From Catajapyx aquilonaris (taxonomy: Eukaryota): 50,281 nucleotides of DNA. A program made the translations under genes and the position numbers. The notes under the pieces are model-generated. The model saw only the letters and a list, made by a program, of their open reading frames with translations, did not search any database and had not been told where the DNA came from. Position 1 is the stretch's first letter; each line of letters starts with the position of its first letter. Location of the stretch: positions 1 to 50,281 of the forward strand of contig KZ538738.1 of assembly GCA_000934665.2 (NCBI GenBank), in the 5' to 3' direction. Below, in pieces: positions 24,501 to 37,400 of this stretch.

Positions 24501-27500
24501 ATCACTTTCTTATCACTGTCAACGTATGAATGGCATGTCGCATGCAACGTACCCCTGCTGATGTCAACTCAGAATATATACCATACATCCACGGAACTAT
24601 GAACTCATTCACGTCACCGATACCCAATGATCTGTCTCGATCACGGCATCACACGGCATATGAACAACTTTTCAAACTACCCTCCGCAATTAACATGTGA
24701 GAGAAATCCGGCTGTAAGGTGTCGAGGTCATGACCCGACCATCCCCTGATCTCTCGGCCTCCAGTCATGAGGCAAACGAGGCAAGGGTCACGTGGTTCGA
24801 GACAATCTGAGGGCACCAAGCATCGTTGAAATAAAGAGGCAGTGAAGCAGTGACGCATCTGCGTAGTGCATCGGTCGTTGGACACTACGCAGGTGAGTGG
24901 AGACAACAACAGTGTTTCCGCATGGAAAATTTTCCTTCCAGCTGGCAGCTTTTCTAGGTCAACTTTGTCCTCTCTCTTCGGGCCGGGTACCCCGTGACAA
25001 GAGGGGAAGTTGGCCGAATTGACTTATCCGTGTTATTAATACGGGCTGGAAAGTTAGGATGCGTTTGTAAAGTCNGGGGGGGGGGGAGCTAAACGATTCA
25101 TCCTTGTGGGCAGCCCACTTTGGAACCATGAGTCACAGGGTCGTACGTTTTACAAGAAAGGAAATCATGGACTAATAATAATGCGGTAATAGACACGGAG
25201 AAAGTTGGAGGTTATGTGCCAATAGACGTGTTATTTGCGTCTAGTTATTGGACATATATTATTGGCGTCATATCAGACGTCATATTCTCGTAAATGGCCA
25301 TGTGACAGATTGGCTGGCTAGAATAACTTTCAGTTCTCGCCAATTGGCTATACGCGTACCGTTGATGGTACTTGTAGTGTAATGCTAGTCCTAACGACAG
25401 GTACCGCTACCGGCCATGATTGCTTGGTTCGAGACTTGAGTGGCCGGACGGCCATCGGGCCATTGACCTCATTGCTGTACCTACCTACAGTATCATATGG
25501 TTGGAAGGCAAGTAGGCAGGCAGGCGGGGGAAGACGGGGGAGGGAAGCCTACCTACTAACTACCCTACACGGTACGTGTCAGTGCCTGCATGTGCACAAC
25601 CCAAATCTTTAAAAATGTACTCGTAGCCGCAGTCCAGAGTGGATGGCGGTAGAGGAAAGTGCGTGGGGATATTTCGTGCTGGTGTGTGACATCTTTGGAA
25701 TGCGTGTCTGACCCAACCCCAGGGATCAAGATGCACAGGTAGGAGGAAGCCTGGAAAAGTAACGGTCTCATTGGGTATTGCAGGCAGGAACATAGCCCAG
25801 GGGGTCACGAGCCGTTGTGTAGCCAAAATTCATGCACAATCGGATCGGACCATGTTATGAAATGCTTGGTGGGGAATGTTTGTCAACTACCCCAGTCAGC
25901 TGCTAGCCCAAACAGCATGGTGACAACATACTTGATATAGCAAGCTGTTCTTCGTACATATTAACGTCATGCTAATTGTTAAGCAGAAAGTTTGATGCCT
26001 TTCACTGCCGATTCATTTAAATTGCCATTGGAAGAAACCCATCCCGGAATTACTTCCAAGGGGTCGTAATGAACTGCCATTCATTACAATATGCGTTACT
26101 ATCAGAACCTATTACCTTGTTTGTATACACATAATTTTATCTCTAGCTAACATTATTGTCTCCGGAACATTTTTTCCCCATACACGTCACACTAATGACC
26201 AGAATGCTGTAGTAAATAGGCAAAGGAATCAGCATTTTGAACTAAACATTCCGGGATTTGCGCACATTTCACTTTCATTTCACATTGCCAAAAGAATATA
26301 TCGAAATCACTGCTGACACACGAACTATATAGCAGGAAGAACTGGAAAAAAAATGTCTGACTTATGATAATAGCCTGCACCCTATACGTGGGCAAAGAAT
26401 GTGGGCAGGCCAGCCGAATATACAGACTCCCACCCTGTGACCTGTTATACATGCCGGATCTGTCAGCCAGGACTAGGGCATTCATTCATTCATTCCTTCA
26501 TTCATTCATTGTACTGTCTCTCACATTTTCCCATCCATGGAAGTTTGTGTTGTGCAAACTGATCAAGTTCCCTAGTGGTCAGGTAGCGATGGAAGCAGGA
26601 AAATACAGAACAATCACAGCGACGCAGGTGGGCTGGGGGGAGGGCGGGTGTGGTAGGGGGGGGGGGGGGNTAGAGTATTTTCCGTGGGAGGAAGGTCAGT
26701 AGGTAGGTGGGAAGGAGGAGGAAAAAGCAGGGCACACTTTTCTGGAGCCTGCTGAAGCAGGTCGGTTGGTGGCGCAGGGAAATCTCGACCTATCCAGGTA
26801 AGAAAAGGTATGAACCGACCTGTGATGTGGTGTCACGTAACGATGCCGCACATTTTCTAGTGTTAGGATTTGTGTGTTTGCAAGTGGTGACGTAAGTTAA
26901 GGTGTGAAAAAGAAAGTTTGCGGTGTTGTACTGTGATGGGCATCCAACTTTTGCGGTGGGTTCGGACTGTCGGGGTCACCTTGCACTGATGGTGGGGGGT
27001 TCGGCAACCGCGACATATAATCAGGATTCGATAACGAATGAAATATGTGGGCAGAGGTAGAGAAAGCGTGCGGTGCAATATCCGTATGTAAAGAGTTGGA
27101 GGGTTATTTGACCCACTGATGACCGATCAACATGCTAGGGTATAGAGAGCTTAGAACTTGGATTCAAATTTCGTGCCGATAACATATATGTAGCGTACTT
27201 ATAATATTTCGTAATATTCCAACCTGAGCATACAGAGTGCAACTTGTCGATGCAGGCATTCAATTCTCCGTTTTTTCGCCTACTTTGCAAACAATAATAT
27301 TTCGAATATGGGAACAGAAAGTAATTCCGATTAAATTCACCGCAGTTTTACCAGCAAGTGTGGGAAGCGGCTATGCTTGGTTTACCCCACGTTTTACCGG
27401 GCTGGCTCGAACCACTTGTTGTCAGTATGGAAGTGCACTGTGGCGCACTCAGTCAGCCATTTCGCGTACTCCCAACTATCCATCCATCCAGCTGAGCACA

Positions 27501-30500
27501 GTCATTCACACTTGTCCCAGTGCTGGCACCCTGTACACGTCGTTGCTCTCCGGTGGGACTCGGTATATCCCAAGGTCAGTACTGTCCATACGTTTTTTTT
27601 CCCCAGACAGGTGGACCGTATTTAAAGTTAACCTTGCTGACTTATCCTTGGATACCAGTAACTACATGTGGGAAGGACTCGAGGTATTCTTTTGTACATT
27701 TGTCCGTGCACCACGCATGGAATCGGCGGGAAGGTGAATGCTGTACCATACAGTAATGAGTTATGCAGTCTGGGAAAAAGTGTAGGCTGACAAATGAAAA
27801 AGTGCATTTTTTAAAAAAAACTAATTTTCCGGGAACCACGTCATTTCCCATGCACAGGAAGCATGTAGGCCTACGAGTGGTGCCCCAGGCCATTTCGCGC
27901 CGATTCCCTTTTATGACGTCGTAATGTTAACGACTCGTGTGGACATCCTTTTGCGGGTCTTTCTTCATCGCTAGTTATGCAAGGCGCCTTTTTTTTTTGT
28001 CAAATCCGCGGTTATTTTCAGGGATGGTCTCGCCAACTTTTCGTACGGAACTGTGCCCTCGGTTCGGCCCACCTGCGCGACAAAAGGTGACGGAGGCCTT
28101 GAAGCGATGGTGTGCAGCTTCTTCCATCTCCGCCTCTTTGCTCAGACAACAATTGGATTCGCTAGAGTGGCAACAATATATTTTTTTTCTAAAAAAAAAA
28201 ATAAGTGCTGGCCAACTTGTTCCGCCCTCTTTTTCCGGGATGGTGGTAGTGTCCATGACGAAATGGGTGGAGATACCACAGTTATCAGTCGGGTGTCATA
28301 TATTGGTAATGCTTGAAATCCAAACAAAAATGAAGGCAAGATAGCTTTCAACAATGATGGGTAGAAAGAGGTCCAAGGAAGACACAGGGCCGCACGCAAC
28401 TAGCCGGAAGAGGTGCGGTTTGGAAGCCTTGTCCGGAAGGAAGTGACCCCCATCTCTTATCCATCACTATGACCTTTTTTTTACGAGTCTTCGGGAAGTC
28501 GGGGAAAGTTTAAGATGTCAACCGTTTGCGATCTGGAAACACCCAAATATGGTTACTCAATATGTCCTTAACCCAATATGCAGGGGGGGGGGGGAGGGGG
28601 GGGCATATTCTGAAGCGGCTGTAAGAAAGGAAGGAAGGACTTGGATAACCATCGTGCCTAGGGGGCCGAGGCCACCCAGCCTCCTTTCTCCACGTCATTT
28701 TTTTTTAAAAAAAAAAAAAAAATCTTTTCCACCTGTACAGCATGGCGTGCATGCTCTTTAGGATGAAGAATTTTTCTATCTGTGCTGGTCCACACGCATA
28801 TGCATATGTCGGCAGATTGATGGGGTGGGTTATATTTGAATAGGTATCATGCACTTTGCGCTACCACGTCAAGTACATGACATCATAATTTTTGTTAGTT
28901 ATTTGGCCGTGTGAAAAATATTTTGCGGGGGTATCTAGCATTCTGCGGTCAGTTTTGTGCCGGTCACTGTTAATACTGCGGTATAATAATATCCCGTCTG
29001 CTGGCCTGGGGCGGCGTGAATGTAAAAAAGGGTACCGTGCCAGTCAGTGATGGGTACGTGTTTCTCACAAAAAAAAAAAAAAAAATGAAAAAAAAACCTA
29101 CCGGTCGCTGCTTGTGATGCGTTGGGTATAGTGATGGAAGGTCGGAGAGGAGAGGAACAATGATGAAAGTCATGCAGGGGGCGTAGCTTTCTTTTCAAAA
29201 TGAGAAATGTTTACTGATATACTAATTGACACCCGGCTTTAGACCTTGTGTTTTTTTTAGTGAGAATAGTGGATTGATGGCAGACGCTGCTAGATCGGTG
29301 TTTGCGAACTTTGGTGTTTTTATGTTGTTTTTTTTGGAGTAAAGTAATTGCGGGTCGAGCCACTTCAAAACGTCAAGGACTTTTCAGTTTGGTATTTTTT
29401 CTGGCTGTGTATAACCAAATGTGGTAGACATGTTTACGTGATGTATGCAAGTCATTGTTGGACAATTCATAGCGACTGGCGTATGTGATTTTCTACAAGG
29501 CCGTGTAGTTTTGGGCCCCACTGTAAACAGGCTGGTGAATCACAATTTTGCAGAATTGATTTACATACCAGTTAGTTGCGGACTTTTTTATGTAGTGTAA
29601 TTTTTTATAACTTCATTAAGGTCGGAGAGGATGTACAGTGTTGAAATAGAGCCTATATATACATAAATTCGATTTTTTTATATTACGTTAAAATTGTAGA
29701 TACGTAAGTCAGAGAAATCAATGGTGCTTTCAGGGTCCTAAATGGCATATAGCCATAATTAATTGTCAAAAATTGTTCTCTCACATGGTGGAGAATTTAT
29801 CTTATGCTAATCAGTAACTTTATAGGTCATAGACCCCTCAGCTTGGCCTTCACTGGGCCTATCTCCCAATTGGTGTAAAACAAAAAACAACGTGACATAC
29901 GTTTCAAAGCTTATTAAATTTTGTGCGTAACCCTGGGTTCAAACGTTTTCCTGACTGGAATGGTAATAGTGAAAGCAAGCCCGAAATACTATCACCATTG
30001 ACGTTTTTGACGCTGCAATAAAGTGGAATTTACTCCATCGAGTAACGATTTATACAAGTACAGTAAACTCATTAGCGGTATAATTATTATAGACCTATTA
30101 ATGGTGTGCTATTTTTATTCCGGAAAGTTATGGACTAGGACCATGAACTGTTGGGCTTTTCGTCTAATTGTACACAGACTTAAATACCTTTTCCACCATA
30201 TGACCCGAATTTGCCTGCTGACCAGTTTAATTGAGGGGACTTGTGATATTCCAAGACAAAATGCTCCTACTTGATTTTGGCGATCTTGGCATATCGCCTT
30301 ACAAAATCGAAGACCTAGAGCAATTGTTGTATAGGACAGGGTGTAACTAACAAACAAAATCAAAACTGGCAACCACCGTCTCTTCGACAGCCGCCCCCCC
30401 CCCCCCCNTACCAAAACCATAGAAAAGCACTGGGTTCGAACATGGAGGCTGAGTGGTGTTGCATAACGGAGGTGGATTACGAGTGCAACATGGCGTTTCC

Positions 30501-31442
30501 TGCAAGGCTCTTTGTGGCCGAGCCTTCTGGCCGGCTGACTGCATTGAAGCATGCAACCGGTGATGGCAAACACAGACAGAGGTGAATGAACCAACCAACC
30601 GGCGAATGAATGGTCTATGGCTGCAGGTGTTGCGACGTCGACAATGTCGAATCATGCTTTCCTTCCTGATTCATCATCTGACTACTCATTAATTCCGACA
30701 CTTGATTGGCCTTCAGGGCTAGTTCAGGCTTGACGGCAGGGTTTGACGGTGCCCGCCGGTGTCCGCAGTAATGACACCAGATGGGTCACCTCTGAATATA
30801 ATCATGTGACAGGTGGGGCGAGGGCCAAGAGGTGAAAGTAGACATTTTTTTTCAAGCTAGGTTCTCACTCTCATCGGCCAGGAAGTTAGTGTCGGTGAGA
30901 ATTTCCCGGAGCTGCATGGTAGGCACTGGGGATTTGCGAGGAGGGTGTGATTGGAAGTTTATGATGTTATGCCACTGCAGGAAGTTTTCGGTGCAACTTA
31001 CATGCCCCGTGACGCACTTTTTCGGCGCAAGGTGCACGTTATCTGACTTGTATGTACAAGTACTTTTTTTTTTTTGCACGGAAATGTGTCTTGGCCTGAT
31101 CCTGCCACGTTTACGTCCGCATTATGGTAAATTCGAGGCATTTCTATGTTGAGAGTCAAGTTGACATGTGGTTGCAAAACAAAATACCGTAACAGTGTAC
31201 TTATAGCGTCGTAATCGAATATCCCTTCAAGCGGTGAAATTGTGGGTAGTTTAATAGTAAATTCGAATTTTGTAAAGGCGATAAAAAAAGGCGTGAGAAA
31301 AACATACCTTCATTTGGTAGTTGCGAAACAGGCAAGACGTTATCAAAGTACAAGCCACAATGTGTTTTGATAATTAGATTTGACGATACCTAAATTAACG
31401 GAAATTTCTTATTGTTACAGGCAGTTGGATGCGGATGCCAGC

Positions 31443-34400
31443 ATGATGAGGAACTCCAGCTTGCTCAAGTGGACTCAAAACAATAAGCACGGCACCAAGA
31501 ATGGTGAGTTATAGTACTCGAGAAATATACCCGGAAGTCTCTTGCTTTATAGTCATGTACTAAAATGTGACTGACTTTAAGTCAGACTAGGCTGTTACGC
31601 CTCCCCTCTGCTGTAAATGAGTCATCCTTTACTTCGGATTAGTCTCACTTTCTTTTTTATTCATTCATGTCACACTTAATAAGGGGTGACTTCCGCCGCT
31701 TGGCCCATCTGGCTTGAACGTTATAATTTGCAACAGTTCGCCTAGTGTATGTAGAATGAGGGCGATTGATTCGCAATTTCAGTCATTGTCTTTCACTAAT
31801 CGAGCGTGAGTGCCTGGGGGCTAAATTCACAAAAAAAAAATTAGTAATTTAAAAAAATGTTTTTGTTGTTCTGGGTCTTTGTTATTTGTTTATTCAGTAT
31901 GTAGTAAATACACAAAAAAGAAGTAAACAACTACACCTTTTTTGTGTGTATTTGTGTAGAATTGATGAACCCAGGTGACACCGTGTACTTCGCACAGTAA
32001 TAAACAGAAAAGGCGAGGACTCTAATCACGTGTAAGGGGAAAGTAGGCTGGAAGGCATAGCACGGGTGAGCGAGTCGAAAGGGAATCCTGTGCAATCGAT
32101 GCATGCATGTTATGCGTGGCGGTGTCAATCGCCGTGATGAGTCGGGTCTTTATGCACGGACAGGTTGGCGAACCGAAGGTCCAATGGGTTTCAGCACGCC
32201 TTGCCTGGAATATTTGGCGCGCGACCACCCCTCTTGCCCAATATCAACTCTTGACTTGGTGGGGGTTGACACAAGAACGGGGTCGTTTCCGTCATGGCTA
32301 ACAATAGGTACCAGCCGTGACAAAATGCAGGTACCAGCACTATATTCAATGTCAGTTTTGAGCCTGGAAATTAGAACCGGTTGTATCAACACTCCAATTG
32401 TGAATATCTGTGTAATCAGAGATTTCATCTAATTTGCTGTCATACTGCTGGCACTTCAATGTACTTATGAATGGAACGTCGACATTAATGTTTACTTTCT
32501 AATATTGTAATTTGCAAATATGTGCAGGGCAGGGGTAGTTTCTGCTAGTCAGAAGCAAATACAGTACGTGTCTAAGAATATATGAATACGTGCTGTGCAT
32601 GTAAAAATATTGTTTATGAATAGGGTCCTGCACGCCTTATTGTGTACTGCGCAAGTCATGTCGAATAGGGTCATTATTCTACTTGAACAAGATATAGGTT
32701 TAAGGATCGCATTTATGAGGACTGATCCGAATGTTAATTTGTATGAAAGTTATAGTATTATAGTCTCTAAGCACATTACATGTGTGTATAGTAGGCCTAT
32801 ACACGACGATTTCACGCAGTATAAGCTACATACGAAAATGTACTTTTTGTTACTGGGAATTTAGTCATATCCCGTACCACTACCGATTACCACCTAGCAC
32901 CAGATTAATAGTTTTTTGCGATGAAGTTACAAACCGCGAAATGTCGTGTATGAAGGCTATAAGAAACGCGAATTGATCAGCTTCCTATGAAAGGGAAAGC
33001 AGAAACGATGAAACATAATGGCAACATGATTTTCACAATTTTTTAGACGTTTACTTGTCACATACAAAGTTGGCAAAATACTGTTCGTTCGTGTTCATGA
33101 TGATCATAGTACATCTCGCAATAATATCAACCTCCAGATAATTAGCGCAATAATTTTACGACATCGTAAGGAATTGCCATGAAGCGTTTTACGCTATTTT
33201 GATAGAATCTAAAAGTAGCAGTGCCAATGTACAAGTACTAAGTGATGAGAAGAAAAAAAAAATCGCCACTTCTGCCAATATAGGGACACTTCAATTGAAA
33301 CGTACACTGTATATTACGCATCATCTTTGCGCGCTCAATTATAGGGGCTTGTATTCAAGGCCGAGACCCCTTTCATTTTCAATCATCAATTTTAGATCGG
33401 TGAAAGATGAGGGCCGCATCCAGGCCACTTCGATACAAATGACGGACATTTCTGGGACATCCGGTCCTCGTTTTTTTCCCCCCTGTCTCTCTCTTTCACA
33501 TCCCAAAAGCATTGAACTTTTCCCCTCAATGGTTTCGGATTATTGATGTAAAAATCTAATTTTCTTATTTTTCCATCTATTATTAGGATCTACGTGGATT
33601 CATGCTCCGGAAGCCCTGCAACGTGGTCACGTGGTGTACCTGGTTAAGGTGAGGAAGGTTTTGCACTATATCGAAATGACTATGGTGCGTATCAGTATCT
33701 TGGTGTGCTATAGGGTTCCCACTTGCTATTTGACCGGGGGAAGTTGATGGTCACATTGCGTTGCCCACTCCTCTTGACCTTCAGGATTCATTGTTTGGAG
33801 CCTGGTCGAGGTGTTTTGAAGGAGGCTGCTGACTAGTCCAATCAGGCTAGATTCAAGGGCAGGATGCGAGACGTTTTTAAGTGGGGAAGGAGATGACTGG
33901 CAAAAAGTGGTCCCGGACCACCTTTTTGCAAACACCCCCCCCCCCCCTCCCAATGATGCTTGCTTGCAATCAAGGTGCCAACATTTACGATTGGGTAGGA
34001 TAGTAGTGACATGAGATTGTTCTGGAGCAAGGTTCATACCTCATGCTTCAGGCTACATTTTTGGCAGTTGCATACATTCAACTTCAGTTCGATATAGCGG
34101 AAACTAAAATTAATGTCGCAGCTGTCCCATTCCTTCTTCGTCCCACTCTCCCTTACTGCAGGGTAGAGATCAGGATTTTCATGTCAAATACTGATTGGCA
34201 TAAATAGGCATATCACGTCGCATGTGATATAGCTAAAATGGTATAGCGTAATGTAATGGATATCGAATATCTAAGATCGCAAATTGACATTTCGCATTGC
34301 ATATCACGTAGCAATGTGACTGTTGCGTATGACTGATCCCCATTACATAATATTATCAAACTTTGCTCATGTGTGGCGTAAAGCATCCCTTGCAGGATTG

Positions 34401-37400
34401 ATTTTGCAGTCGGTCCCAATAATTTTTAAGTTGGCGTTGTTGCTAATAATATTCGATGGAATAGCGAATCTCAGTTTTTAAAATCATATTTGTATAATTG
34501 GATTGATTTTATGAAATGAAAGATGTGGTGGGAAAAGGTGATAAACCACAAACGTTTAATTTTTCAAGAGAGCGAATTTAAGTTTGCACTCTCTTCACAA
34601 ATCACAAATAGGGAATGCTGGTTTTGATCTATAGTTCGTGTTGCCGTCTCGTGCATGATATGTGAACTTTGAGTATACAAAACTGTTTGTCATGTACTTT
34701 ACATAGTTGCTAGGTGTTCCGGTCAAAAATGACAAAAATGAGGGTTATCAATGTTAACTTATCACCTTTTTCCACCACACCCCTCAAATGTATGTTTAAG
34801 TGAGCAATGTGAGATTTAAAAAATTGGCAATCTACTATTGCATTGTGAGTAAAATTCGAATACAAATTTCAGAACGTCCCTAGTGCTTTTTGTGACCATT
34901 TTAAATGAAAAACAACAACAACAACAACTTCTCAATGTTCGAGCTTCGATTTTTGCTTTCCAAGGAGCAGATATTTAAAACCCGGATTTTACTGTTTCGT
35001 CTAATACTATTAGCAACAACTTCCAATAAAAATTATCGTAATATACACAGAATAAAAAAAAATCCTGGAAGTCGAAAACAGGAAGCAAATTCACCGCCAC
35101 TGGTCTTTGTGCAGTGTTTGTAACTTGTCACTCCAATCAGGTGCCACAATGACATCATAATAGCCCATATGTTACCCAGATGCCACACATCATTATAAAA
35201 ACCGACAGTAAATATATGGAATGGCCGCAACATATGTTAAATAATTGGGTCCAGCAAATATCACATATCGCAGACATCGAAAACCGAATATTTCAGATCA
35301 ACATGAAAATCGTAAATGCGATATATCGTTTATATTCTTGAAATGTACTGAACATGAGGTATGAAGAAAATCATATCGAATGTGCGATATATTGAAATAA
35401 AGAATATAACTTAAATAATAAATAAAACAAATTACTCTCTGGCAAGCCCCCATATCCAGGTTCTGCAGACCCTATTGTCAGTTTTTGGTCAAATTACTCA
35501 TTCTCATTCTTATTATTTGACAGTTCTTGGGCAACACAGAGGTGGACCAGCCAAAAGGTTTGGAGGTAGTCAAAGAAGGAATTCGCAAGTTGAAATTCTC
35601 TCATCAATTACGGAAGGCAGAAGGAAGTAAAACACCAAAAGTGGAACTGACCATTAGCGTCGATGGAGTGGCCATTCAAGAGCCGAAAACAAAGGTTAGT
35701 TGTGATCGAACCTGGGCTTTGTTGACTACTACTTAAAACATAAATCTTGCAGGCGTGTCACTGAATGGCAATGCACAAAATGACAAGATGCAGTGTGTCA
35801 GTATGAGCAATTCATTGTTTCTGTCAGACTTGTTCTTATATTGGTTATAAAGGGCCATTGAATGATCACCTCAAATGTTTTGAAGTCAGCATGGGAATAT
35901 GTTTGACTGTATTTCTAACTACAGCTAAGTAATATTAACAGGTGAAACTAGGACAGTGACAGAGTTGTAATAGCCTAATGTAGATGTGTCACCCTGACCA
36001 TATGAGAATATCAGGAAGACAGTTAGGATTTGTAAGTGGGATCCGAAAGCAAGGAAGCTGTCAGAGACATTCCAATTTTGTCTGATATACTTTTTGTTCG
36101 CTCCTTCCACCACTGTTTTCTTATAAGCTTAAAAGGGAAAATTCACCATGTTCTGTTTCAATTATCAATGAATAAATAGAGCTTTAATAAGTAGTATCAT
36201 AACACTTGGACAAATGAATTTTACTGATGATAGGGTTTTTCACAAAGTACTATTATAATTTTTGACTTTTAATAAGCAACCCTCTGTGTTCAGATATTTA
36301 CACAAGTGACCATACTGACATGGGTTATCCCTAGCCTTGAGCTTCTTGAAATCAGAAACCTGTTAATAATGACAAAAATTCCAGGATTATGTTTGCAAAA
36401 ATAGTACACTTGGAATGTTTACCCTAAACACTGGTAGCAGACGATTGCACTGTCTCATTCATAAGTTCCAATTTACTTTAAAACATCGAAATACTGTTTC
36501 ATTACACCACTTCTACCCTCCCACCCGTTCTCTTTCCAATAGCTTTACAAGCATGCTACTAATTTAATATCTGTGTTATATTCCTACTGGAAGGGATTCC
36601 CTGTCAAAAATGACAAAATTATAGGGAATACGGTACACTACATGGGAGAGGTTTGTCACCAGATTATTAATGGAATGCAAGTGTTGAATATGAATAGCTT
36701 TTTCGTGTGTGTAGGTGTTGACCCTTACAAGCATAGCTACATTGGCAATTACCCCAGTTTGTGACCGACTCTAGTCAATGCTTGTTCCTCAATCCTACTT
36801 GCTTTTCAGCGCATCATGCACCAATATCCACTCCATCGGATTTCCTACTGTGCTGACGACAAGGCAGAGAAGAAGTTTTTCAGTTTTATTGCCAAGGAAG
36901 CTGATGTCGACAAGCACATGTGTTTTGTATTTGTGAGTGACAAACTAGTAAGTACCCCAGTAATGATGAATTTCCTGGTCCTTTGATATTGTGCTCCAGA
37001 CTGGTGCAATCTTGAGAATAAGATAATATACTGTCTGATTTTAAGCATTCTTATTAGCAGTTAATGGCTTAATATCTGGCTTTTATGAAGTGTAAAATGA
37101 GAAATATAACTGCTTCAGAGCAATCTAGAATAATAATGGTAGCATGCAATGGTAAAATTTCCCTTCCTTTAGTCTTAGGAATGCAATTTACTGCATACTA
37201 ATGTGCTTTGTACTAAAAAATTAAGGTTCTTTTCATTGTCCTGCAGTTTCTTGTTGCATAATTACTGCCATTAAGAGGTACATCTTGTTCAGTATGTCTA
37301 TACTCCTTTGTACCATTTTTACCTGTGAAACATCCCTGTAGCTCAGTGGCAGAGCAGTGCTGATCTATGAAGCAATGGTCCCAGGTTCGATTCCTGGCAG

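Noticed and set aside
27237..30655. Several 100-166 aa ORFs upstream of GULP1
   Set aside because: Overlapping frames on both strands, no family motifs, and low-complexity runs. They are consistent with chance ORFs in more GC-rich non-coding DNA.
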